Shown here: positions 27,146-37,940 of the stretch, one piece after another
Layout: every line of letters begins with the position of its first letter
Numbering within the stretch: the first letter of the stretch is position 1
Source: Selaginella moellendorffii
Taxonomy: Eukaryota; Plantae; Lycopodiophyta
Assembly: GCF_000143415.4 (NCBI RefSeq)
Contig: NW_003314263.1
Location: 4,157,628-4,221,627, forward strand
Direction of reading: 5' to 3'
Length of the DNA stretch: 64,000 nucleotides
Program-made: the position numbers and the translations under genes
Notes under the pieces: generated by a model
The model's input: only the letters and a program-made list of their open reading frames with translations
Database searches by the model: none
Told to the model about the DNA's origin: nothing

Positions 27146-29170
27146 TGAGGTCCAAAGTGTATTGCTATGATGTTGTATATTAATATTAGCATAAAGGCGT
27201 TAGATTAGTTTTAATCTGAACCACTTACACCTGTATATAAGTTAAAGTTTTTGGGCTAATTGATATGCACATTTTGTATTTTATTTTTATATTCTGTGCA
27301 TTCACAGAACTACAAAAATTTGCATATCAATTAACCCAAAAACCTTAATTTATATACAGGAGTGAGTGGTTTGGATTAAAACCAATCTGACAGCTACTAA
27401 AATCCCACTACGCTTATATTAATATACGGCATGGTAACCACACACTTGAACCTCAATCATCCCCTCCTCTCGGAATGATGGAAAACTATCAAAGTCTTTT
27501 TATGGATGGACTAGGACTTCGAGGAACATCAGGAGGAGGCATTAATGGATTTATAGGTGGTGCCAATTGTTCTTGATCCTTTTATACAAAGCATTTCAAC
27601 TTTTGCACATGCACAATTTCTGAAGGATCGATCTATTGAACATCATGCCAAACCTTATAAACTTGTAATCCAACTTGCCGCAACATTTGATATGGTCTTT
27701 TCCACTAAGTAAGAAGCCTTTTAGATAAACCACGTATCTTAATATGAGGAAAATAGACTAATACTAAGTCATCCACTTTGTACTCTACAAATGGATAATG
27801 ATGGGAGTTATAGTGCTATTGTTGTTCAACTTATACGCAGCTTAAGTGTTCAATAGACTCTGTTTGGACAAGTAGAAGAATGCTCATTAAATATTAATCC
27901 CATGACCTAGCATCGGTAGTTCATGGCAATTGCGAAGGTAAACCTAACTCCATTGGTGATATTGAATCATAACTATATAGGAGTTTATATGGTGAAGCAC
28001 CAATAGAACTCTGCACCCCTGTAACATACACATACAGAAGAGATGGCAAATAATCATTTCAATTTGAATGCTGAAAATTCATGTACGTCACGATCATCCT
28101 TTTGAAGGTCTAAATAAACCATTTCACCAAACCTTCTGACTGTGGATAATAAGAACTCATGAAAGTGTGGCATATCCCCAACCGAGACATCAAAATATGA
28201 AATGCCTCGGCTATAAATGTAGGACTATTATCCAAAAGAATCTACTTTAGATAAGAATGCTAGAACACCACTTGATTGAAGAGGAAGTATTCAACAATAG
28301 TTGCAAATGCACTACCAAAAACATTAATTTTCACCTAGCGAGTCAAGTAATTAAAAGCAATAATAACATACTCATTGCTAGCAGTTGATCGTGGAAAAAG
28401 TCCCATCAGATTAAATACTACCAACTTAAATGGACAAGAAACTGCAATTAATTCCAATTGTTATTTTGCAACATAAGGGGGAGTATTACAAGTTTGGCAC
28501 CAAACGCAGCTATGCATATACCGGATAGCATCATGTCACATCTCTAGTGAATAGAAAAACCTACGAAGTTTCTCGGTCATACGATAATGTCCCATATGCC
28601 TATATAGAATAAAAGAATCATGGTAGGCGTGGAGAAAGCATGGAATAAAGATCGAAAACACCACCAGCCATAAATGATCATCAAAATTCATCCTCACAAA
28701 ATAAAGAAGGTTGTCCTCAATGTGATATTAAGAATATAAATGCCAAAATGGCAATCAACAAATGATGCAAGATTCTCAAACCCATCATAAAGCCTTCGAA
28801 TCCATAGCTCAATATTTTGAGCCTCATGAATCTCGTTAAAAGAAGGTAAATTTTGCTCTTTACCTTGTGGATATTGAATGTCAAATACAGTAACCACCGA
28901 CGACATAGAATCTTCGTCTAAAAAATTCACAGATATTAGAGTAATAAAGTGGTCAGAAACATGAGAAGAGAGTGAAGAAGGAAGAGGAATTCGAGAAAGG
29001 GCATCAATATCAACTATAGAACTCCCCGGGGGATGAATTACATCAAAATGATATATATGAAGCTTCAAAGCCCACTGAACAGTACGACCAACAAAGTTCT
29101 TTCGCTTCAATAATGAAATAACTATAGCATGATCACTTTTTAGTAATGTTTAAAAACCATGTTGATATAC

Positions 29171-29934
29171 TGTAAGCTCTTGAGTTTGGACTTCCCAGGA
29201 GGTCACCCAGCCCAGTACTATTCAAACCCAAGGACGCTTAACCCCAAATATCCCAAGACCCTTAACCAATTGGAAAAGGGGGTGCACTCTTGTTCATGGG
29301 CCCTTTTCCCTCTGTATTTGAACCCTTATGGATCGTCTCTCGAGTCGTTCTCTTTGGTTGCTTACAATCCACCACGCTTCCCTGCAAGTTCACGCCCTCG
29401 TGAACGGAAGCTGAGAGCCGCAGCTCTCCCGAGAGCCCCGCTCTTTTGACACCCTACCCCTCATGGGCCCTTTTCCCTCTGTATTTGAACCCTTATGGAT
29501 CGTCTCTCGAGTCGTTCTCTTTGGTTGCTTACAATCCACCACGCTTCCCTACAAGTTCACGCCCTCGTGAACGGAAGCTGAGAGCCGCAGCTCTCCCGAG
29601 AGCCCCGCTCTCTTGACACCCTACCCCTCGGGTCGAGCCCAGCGGGAGCAAACTGGACCAGCCAGATGTCAATCAACAAGTGGTGTGATTCCCTTAGCCA
29701 ACCAACAGAGTTGAACCCGAGACCGCTCCGATACCAAATGTAAGCTCTTGAGTTTGGACTTCCCGGGAGGTCACCCAGCCCAGTACTATTCAAACCCAAG
29801 GACGCTTAACCCCAAATATCCCAAGACCCTTAACCAATTGGAAAAGGGGGTGCACTCTTGTTCATGGGCCCTTTTCCCTCTGTATTTGAACCCCTATGGA
29901 TCGTCTCTCGAGTCGTTCTCTTTGGTTGCTTACA
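29171..29934 (-). mobile_element. Cassandra TRIM (non-autonomous LTR retrotransposon with 5S rRNA-derived LTR segment)
   Basis: 196-bp LTRs at 29171-29366 and 29739-29934 with 2 mismatches and TG..CA ends. TATAC TSD, PBS TGGTATCGGAGCGG (tRNA-iMet type), PPT GGGAAGCGTGGTGGAT. 5S A/C-box region at 29188-29242 and 29756-29810. Confidence 0.93.
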
Positions 29935-29995
29935 TATACATGAAGTTTGTCAAAGCCCCAAATAGCTACTAAACACTCTTGATACTTTTGATATC

Positions 29996-30291
29996 GGTCA
30001 TGCTTTATTTCGTTAAAGTGGGACTTTTCATTATCCCACTTATGGTGTGTGGCCACATGCCATTTTTATAACAACAATAAAAAATTGAAGTTTTAACTTT
30101 ATAATTTATAAATTAAAAACTTTTCATATGATTTTGTGTTATAATATTGTGAAATATAAAAAAATAAATTAAAAAACTGATAGAAATATTAATAAATATT
30201 AATTAAGTACTAGGAAATGGCATGTGGACACATGCTAATTAATGTCCCACTTTACTGAATAAGTCCCACTTTAACGAAATAAAACATGGTC
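29996..30291. mobile_element. MITE-like element with ~31-bp TIRs, inserted in the gypsy element
   Basis: GGTCATGCTTTATTTCGTTAAAGTGGGACTT ... AAGTCCCACTTTAACGAAATAAAACATGGTC around an AT-rich core. No clear TSD. Confidence 0.75.
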
Positions 30292-33200
30292 TTGGATGTG
30301 TGTTGATGCAAGAGAGTTCAAGTATGTTTGGTTAGTGCCATTTTATTGCATATATTAACCATACATTACAACCAATGAAGATGAACTACTCCACAATAGA
30401 AAAGTGAAAAGTTGAGTGTAATAATGATATGCCAAAACCAAAGGAGTCGTTAATAGATTTTTGAGATTCGTAAACACCCGTTCACAATTGTAGACTAAAT
30501 GAAAGATGATGTTAACAACTTCAACAATACTCGCAATTGTGTAGTGTGATTAGAAAGATGATTAATAAAATAATTGAGATATTGCACCTGCCTAAAAAGC
30601 ATTGCACATCATTTACACACTTCAGAATAGGGAAATTATAGATTTGTCATGATCAACTTGCAAACTTTCATGAAAAATATATTACCCAAGATAAGTTATG
30701 TCTTTGGACCTAAACACACACTTCAACCACTTCAAATTTAAATCAACTTCCCATAGCTGATCCAACACCTTACGAACATTATAAACGTTTTCCTTCTACA
30801 TCTCTTTCAAGTGGATTAAGACATTATCGATGAAGTCAACAGTCACCTCTAATATATCGCAAAGAACCTTACTCATCATCTGATAGAAAGTTATTAAAGC
30901 ATTGTTTAAATCAAATGGCATCACTAAGAATTTATACAGACTAAATAGTGTATAAAATGTAGTCTTAAAAATATCTTCTTTAGCCATTAGTATTTGCTAG
31001 TACCCAGAAACAAGATTTAACTTAGTAAACCAATGACTTCTCCCTAAACAATCCAAGAGATCAGTAGTGTGGGGAAGAAGGTACACATCCAAGATCGTCA
31101 CTTTGTTTAACGGATGATAATCGATACAAAAACAAATACTTCCATCAAACTTTGTCACAAGATGAAGTTCACAAGCCCAGGGACTTTGTGACTTTCAAAT
31201 AACACCCTTTTTTTTAACATTTTCTTAATATTTGCACATAAAATTTTGTTCTCTTTGGGTGACTAATGATGAACAGGAATCTTAATTGAACGAGCATCCC
31301 CAGTTGAAATAGGATGATATGTTGTAATCTTGGCCCTATATGACATGTCAAATTCAAAGAGATCAGCATACTCTTTCATGAGTTTGTCAACTACTACAAC
31401 ACAAAGACCATCAAAAAGATTGAAGAAGGGAAAAGAGCAATAAGACAGAAATATAAAAGGAAATAATGAATAGAAAAAAGTGATAGAAGCAAAGGTAGAA
31501 AAAGGTATAAAAGTGAGAGGAGTAAAAGAAATATAAAAAAGTATGAGACAAGGGGGAGAAGCTTCAAAATTACACTTAGCATGATTGCATTGCAACCAAT
31601 CCATACCAAGGATGAAATCAAAAGTTTGATTTGACACCACCCGCAATGACTAGCAACATCAATAAGATGTTATTAATACCAAGGTCTCCAACTTGGAAAT
31701 AGAGATTTCCACTCTAGAAAATGCCGACAATGTTAATAAGTACAACCAACTTCATCATATGCCTAGTAGTAGATATCATGGCCACAACCACGTCCTCGCC
31801 CTTGTCCTTGAACTCGGGTAGCAACAACATCAACCTCCATTAGAACAGGACCATTTCATATATAAAGTGAAACTGAAGGCTGTGGAGCAAGAAGTGGAAG
31901 AGGCAATATCTCATAATGTTGTGCCAAACAAAAAGTATTATCAATGGTGGCTAGAGTAAATATATGCATAAATCCTACAAAATCTTGATAAAGTGCTACC
32001 CACAACATTCTTAACTTGATTCATTCCAATATATTTAACTCCGTACGAAGTAAAAGGCTTCGGAAATAAACACCAAATTACATCACCAATTTAGATGACT
32101 TTTGACAAAGACGATGCAATTGTTAAAAGCATCATCATAATCGTTAGCATGTCTAAATGTGCATTTGAAAATATTTAGGAGAATGCTTTAATCTACACAA
32201 GTAGCTACACTCAAACCATTATACCACTATAGCATTGTCCTTTGGAAACATGGGAAATTTATACAAATGCTAAGCATCATCCCAAAAATGATATGTGGCA
32301 ATCATTATAAAGTTTTGCTTTTGTTGCCAATCCTTGCATTCGGTTGGAGTTCTTCCGTGGGAATTCTAGAGAGTTTGATCACTAGGAGCTATACCACATG
32401 CCACGAATACTACTATCAACTAAATTTAGTTGTTCAATTACAATCATATAGTATCAAACAATTGCACCAACTATTGCTCCAGAGTCAGAGGAGGAGGAGA
32501 CTATTGCTCTGCCATGAAGATAAATGAAAAGGAAAAGGAAAAAGAAAAAGAAAAGAAATGGAAAAAGCTAAAAGAAAAGGAAGATCTGAATGATATAAAA
32601 GTTAAATCTAAACCAAACTCCCAAATCCAAGCACTTAGGCACAATCAAAACTACCCCTCCATCTTCACCAATGTGAATGCATAGAATATAGAAATGAAAT
32701 ATAGAAATATGTATATCAATTAGCCCAAAAATCTTAGCTTATATATAAGAGCAAGTGGTCCAGATTAAAACCAATCCGATATTACCAAAATCCCACTACC
32801 AAAATCCCACTACACTAATATTAGTATATGGCATTATATTTGTACACTTGGACCTCATAAATGAAAAAGGGACCCTACAAAATTACCAGATGAAGAGAGG
32901 AGTGTACCCAAGACTTGATCATTAGATACTGCTAGAGCATCTAAACTGCCTTAGGATCAGAAATATAAATATAAATAAATATAAAACTAATGAAAATAGA
33001 AAGAAAAGTGAAAGAAGTATAGAAAAGAAGAATTCATGGATGGAAGGACCCTACAAAGTTACCAGGTGAAGAGAGGAGCATACCCAAGACTTCATCATTA
33101 GATACTGCTAGAGCATCTAAACCGCCTTTAGGATCAGAAATATAAATAGAAATAAATACAAAACTAATGAAAATAGAAAAGTGGAAAGGCAGAAAGGGAG

Positions 33201-33299
33201 AGAAAAGAGTGGGAAAAATAGAGAGGTAAGAGGGGAGGGCAACAAGTCACTCGCATGCTGGCATATGGCATTAGCAACAAGTGGCACTTTCTTCTCTCA

Positions 33300-35100
33300 C
33301 AGTTAGCTTTCCCTAATATTCACAATGGTGAATCGTTGAAAGGTGGCACTTTAAATGCATATTGGGTGTGACTTCAAGAGATTGGGCAAGGAGGAGCAAC
33401 ACCTTGGTGAAGATTTAACAGCTGCAGCATGATTAAATGGAAGAGCCAGTGGTCATCTCCTCTGATAATGAAAAGACTCTTGCTAAAGAATCTCTTATCA
33501 AGTTCACTCAACGTCCTCCCACTCTTTTGTGCTGGATTCCAGTAAGGGGATCTCAGAGCAATGTGTAGCATTCATTATTGAGGAGACGTTCTGTGCACTA
33601 GGAGATTGGTTAAGTGACCGTAGCCAGCATTGCCACCGAAGACATGTGAGGCTGAGGGCAAGAGCAAGCAGTCTGAGGTAAAGAGTGCATGAGGAGATTC
33701 CTTGACATGGGATTAGCAATCTGGATACTAGAAGAGGCAAGTTCCCTTGTAGCATCAGCTTATCCATGACTGCAACAAAGGATGATGATCCTTCAACCCC
33801 AAATTGTGGACTTGGAAGCAAAGGTAAGTGTTTCCACCTTGGTTTAGAGTAGAAAAGGTGAGTGTTCTTGTGTTTGGGAGAATAAGCTTGGGTTAAAGAA
33901 AGAGTTAAGAGTGCAAGGAAAGACTAAAAGAAGAGGGGAAAAACATAGGAAGAAAACCATAAAAGGAAAGAGGATAAAAGGAGAAGCAAGGAAAGAAAGA
34001 GGACATGACATAGAGGTGTGAGACCAATGGAGTGTGATGTAATAAGCAATAGAAGAAGCTTGGATTTTCTCTTGTGTTTTGGCTTAACAGGTCAACCACA
34101 GTCAAGTGAAATTTGAGGTCAGGATATTTCAGGAGTTCTGGGGCACCCCCTCATGGGTGATAAGATTTGGGAGCAGCACCCAAGTGATTGGTGTGGTGGT
34201 GACCAACTGAGTGACTCCTCTCACATATGGTAAGGGGCATAAGATGGAGGTCACTGAGATCCTGAGCAAGGCATGGCAAGTTCTCAAGAACGATCTCAAG
34301 GACAAGTACAAGACCCTTGAAGTTGAGAAATTTTGTTTCATGAGTGAGTGCTTGTGGCTTGATCATGAAGGTATTATGTATGACTATGAGGTGTACCTTC
34401 AGGAATGCAACAGGATGTGATTGCAGGGGAAATACTTGGTCAAAGTTAGTGGATACATGCTTTTGGCATGGTTGGGAAAACATGTCTAAGGTGGGTATCT
34501 TGCCCCAAGAGGTGGTCATCCAGAAACTTTAAAAGCGGAGATACAGAGGATTCAGGAGGAAGAGGACATGGCTGTATGGGGCATGGATGAAGACTGACAC
34601 TTTAAGTGGATTTATGAGATGTAGATACTGGCATGGGCATCTTGCATGAAGATGAGGTGTTTTGATCATGTGATTTCCAGTATGTTGATGGAAAATGGGT
34701 GTTTGAAGCGTTGTCTTGACCAAGAGGAGGCCCGAGAGGAAGCTCACCTGGATGGATCCAAAAGTTGGAGTAGCAGTTTACATTTATTCAGGTGAAGGAA
34801 TATTTGGCAACTAAGAGAGTATGTGATGAGCAGATTGAGAAGATGTATAAGGGAAAGTGCCAGATAAAGATGGCGAAGGATGGAAAGGAGTTCAAGTAGA
34901 AAATGCTAGAGACAAAGGTTCTCCTAGATGCGGAAGGCAAAGATGAAGGGAGTTGGGCTTAGTGCGTAGCAGCAGTTCGGACTGAGTGTTGCAGCTACTG
35001 ATAGGGATGTCTGTGGAAGGCTTTGGAAATGAAGAAGGGTATGGAGTGTTTTGTTCTTTGTGAGCATCTTGAGTGTAGCTTGGATTGGAATACATTTATG
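33300..35100 (+). mobile_element. Probable degenerate non-LTR (LINE) remnant
   Basis: Purine-rich, stop-riddled pseudo-coding sequence. LNGRASG resembles the LINE RT 'VNG..S' region. Weak evidence. Confidence 0.3.
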
Positions 35101-35362
35101 TTCATTCTTTGAACATGAATTCTTTTATTTGAATAGCAAATGTGTTTCCATCAGTGTCCCAAGTAGCTCAAAGTGCATATGCAAAACTGAGTGATGTGAG
35201 TGCACTTGTTTTGCGTCAATGAGGCTGCCACTAGCAACAAAGAGTGACCAAACTGTTTCAGCAAGGGATTAAGGAATCATTGCCAAGCTGACGTGACAAG
35301 ATATTCTATGTCAAGTGGCTTCCCCTGGGACATTCGTGTTTGGAGCTTTTGGGCGATGGAGA

Positions 35363-37378
35363 ATGATCAAAGGAAGAAGCATTTACGTGTTGCTGGACGA
35401 GCTCAAGAGGTGTAGATCGCTGGAAAGAGGCAAGCAGCTTTACAGCCAAGTGATGGATGCCGGCTTGCGACCGAGCTCACACTCGGCCATCTTGCTGCTC
35501 AATCTCTACTCCAAGTGTGGATTCATCGACGAGGCCCGTTTTATCTTCGATCGATTGCCGTGTCACGGTGTGGTCTCCTGGACATTGCTTATCTCTGGCT
35601 ACACAGAGAATGGAAGGCCCGACTTGGCCCTCGAGCTCTTCTCGTCGTGCTTGCAAGCGAGTCGTGGAAAGTGGGAGCCAAACGCTCGGACCTTTGTGGC
35701 GGCGCTCACGGCCTGCTCGATGCTGCTGGATAGGTCAAAGCTGGTCAAGACGGAATGCCTCGAAAAGGCACGATGGATCCACTCGCAAGCGAAGAGCAAA
35801 GGCTGCGATCATGATCTCTTCGTCGCCAACACGCTGGTGGCTTTGTACGCAAAGTGTGGGAGCTTGATCGAGTCTCGGGGAGTCTTTGATCGGATGAAAA
35901 CTCGCTGCATCGTGTCGTGGACTGCGCTGATGCTGGCATTTGCCGAGAATGGGGACGGGGAGATGGCAATGAAGCTCTACTCTCGAGTTCTCCTCGAGGG
36001 GCTTGGGCTCGATGGTCGAGTTTTTGTTGCTGCCTTGATGGCTTGTGGCATCTTGGCAGCTCTTGAGGATGGATTGGAGCTCCCAAGCAATGGAAGCGTC
36101 GTGAAACTCAAGTCCCTGGGAAGAACGATGGCGATCCATGATCAAGCCTCGATCACTGGCCATCTTTTTGATGATATCTTCGTCGCAAACGCGCTCATCG
36201 ACGCTTACTCCAAGTGTGGAACCATGGCTGATGCCACTCGTGTCTTTGGATCCATGCAATGCCACGATGTTGTGTCCTGGACGTCCCTCATACTTGGATT
36301 CGTGGAGGCCGGAGAGATGGAACTCGCCCTCCAAACTTTCGATCTCATGAAAGTTGGCCGACTTTGTGTTCCAAATGCCCGGACTTTCGTGGCCGTGCTC
36401 AAGGCGTGTTCTTGCATGGGCAAAGACGATGGCGAGAGATTGAAATTTCTGGAAAAGGGTCGTGAGATCCACTTGGAAGCGTCGTCCAGGGGCTGCGACA
36501 CGGATATTTACGTAGCAACAACTTTGGTGGCGATGTATGCTTCGTGTGGATCTCTTTCCCAAGCTCGATCCATCTTTGAGTCGATTGCTTCTCGGAGCAT
36601 TGTCTCCTGGAATGTGATGATCGCGGGGTGTGTCGAGAATGGAGAGAACCTCGAGGCTCTAGAGTTGCTCCAAAGGATGAAGAAGAATAATGGATTGATC
36701 ATACGTCCCAGCGCTCAAACTTTCATAGCGGCACTCGAGGCGTGCGCTGCGTCGACGAGCTTTGGAGCTGGAGTGGAGCTCCACGGCGAGATTTGTAGAG
36801 CCGGGATGGAAGACGAGCACTGCGTGGCCACCTCCCTGGTGAATTTCTATGGAAAGTGTGGGAACGTGATCAAAGCCCAGCAAGCTTTCGATTCATTGAG
36901 CTCGAGGAAGATCGACACGGCAGCGTGGTCGTCGCTCATCGCCGGATACAGTCGACTCGGAGACGCTGGGAAAGCGTTGACTCTCTTCGAGAAAATGAAA
37001 GACGAAGGAACCAAGATGGATAACACACTTATTCTCGAAGTTCTCATGGCTTGTAGCCATGCTGGCCTGGTTGACAGAGGAAAGAACTACTTCGCTTTTT
37101 TTGGTGAAGATCATCGAGTTTGTCTCGGAATCGAGCACTACAATTGCCTGGTGGATATGCTTGGACGAGCAAATCGATTAGACGAAGCCATGGCGGTGGT
37201 GAAATCCATGCCTCTTGGCGTAAATCCAAACCTCATGACTTGGAGAACAGTGTTGGCTGCCTGTAAGAAATGGAACAACGTGGAGATGGGAAAGGAGGCC
37301 TTTGATTGTTTGATGAGGATGGATGAAAGGGAGGCAGCAAGCTACGTGATCATGGCAAACCTCCACACAATCACATAG
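35363..37378 (+). CDS. PLS-class pentatricopeptide repeat protein (E subgroup, no DYW)
   Basis: Repeated LYxKCG...A..VF..M...VVSW motifs, then ACSHAGLV, EHYNCLVDMLGRA and a truncated E domain AASYVIMAN. First ATG at 35363. Confidence 0.93.
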   Translation: MIKGRSIYVLLDELKRCRSLERGKQLYSQVMDAGLRPSSHSAILLLNLYSKCGFIDEARFIFDRLPCHGVVSWTLLISGYTENGRPDLALELFSSCLQASRGKWEPNARTFVAALTACSMLLDRSKLVKTECLEKARWIHSQAKSKGCDHDLFVANTLVALYAKCGSLIESRGVFDRMKTRCIVSWTALMLAFAENGDGEMAMKLYSRVLLEGLGLDGRVFVAALMACGILAALEDGLELPSNGSVVKLKSLGRTMAIHDQASITGHLFDDIFVANALIDAYSKCGTMADATRVFGSMQCHDVVSWTSLILGFVEAGEMELALQTFDLMKVGRLCVPNARTFVAVLKACSCMGKDDGERLKFLEKGREIHLEASSRGCDTDIYVATTLVAMYASCGSLSQARSIFESIASRSIVSWNVMIAGCVENGENLEALELLQRMKKNNGLIIRPSAQTFIAALEACAASTSFGAGVELHGEICRAGMEDEHCVATSLVNFYGKCGNVIKAQQAFDSLSSRKIDTAAWSSLIAGYSRLGDAGKALTLFEKMKDEGTKMDNTLILEVLMACSHAGLVDRGKNYFAFFGEDHRVCLGIEHYNCLVDMLGRANRLDEAMAVVKSMPLGVNPNLMTWRTVLAACKKWNNVEMGKEAFDCLMRMDEREAASYVIMANLHTIT

Positions 37379-37400
37379 TATCGATCAATCGATCATGCGC

Positions 37401-37751
37401 TCAGCCATCCTCGGATTCTTCCACCGCTTGCTCCACCCGAAGCAACACAAAACCAACGGCGACTCCCACGAGAACAAGCACGGTCATGATGGGAACAACG
37501 CGAAAGACCTCCTCCGAGACGCTGGCCTTGGCGGCCAGTGCACCACCACGCCTGGAGGAAGATTTGAGCGCTCGGGCTTGGAGCTGCGCGAATTGTTGGT
37601 CAACGCACTGCGAGCAGCCCAATCCCATGACGCTGTTGATGGCTTTGAGGCCTCCAAACGAGCTCATCCTGTGGATTTGTTTGCTGCTTCCGCTGCTTCG
37701 CGAGATTGGAATCGTGGACGCTGCTACAAAGCTCGCAGACATTGTCGCCAT
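37401..37751 (-). CDS. petM: Cytochrome b6f complex subunit 7 (PetM) precursor
   Basis: Transit peptide with FGGLKA...RGGAL, followed by EVFRVVPIMTVLVLVGVAVGFVLLRVE. Confidence 0.93.
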   Translation of the reverse strand: MATMSASFVAASTIPISRSSGSSKQIHRMSSFGGLKAINSVMGLGCSQCVDQQFAQLQARALKSSSRRGGALAAKASVSEEVFRVVPIMTVLVLVGVAVGFVLLRVEQAVEESEDG

Positions 37752-37940
37752 AGCCGGCAGCGATCGATCGATCACTCGGAGTGCTAGCTAGATCACACAA
37801 TGGAAGTTTTGGAGATCGCCCAAGAAAGAGTTCTTCGTGGTGTTCTTACCTGGTGCGTGTTCTTCCCAGCTATGGCCGCGCTTTGTGTGCTTCTAGATAG
37901 ATAGGATGATGTGAGCTTCACTGGTTGCCACGTGTCGATA

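Larger units (their letters stand above)
27146..32857 (-). mobile_element. Degenerate full-length Ty3/gypsy LTR retrotransposon
   Basis: 5' LTR 32672-32857 with adjacent PBS (TGGTGAAGATGGAGGGG, tRNA-Ala-like). Protease FDFILGMDWL; RT DIFKTTF...MPFDLNNA...FIDNVLI; RNase H end WALKL...DALSR; integrase 27500-28650. PPT 27456-27471; 3' LTR ends at 27455. Confidence 0.85.

Noticed and set aside
29188-29242. 5S rRNA gene
   Set aside because: Only the internal promoter part is present, embedded in both LTRs of a TRIM. It lacks the 5S 5' end and terminator.
27146-32857. DIRS-type element suggested by inverted termini
   Set aside because: It encodes protease and DDE integrase remnants with a PBS and PPT. 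No tyrosine recombinase motif was seen.
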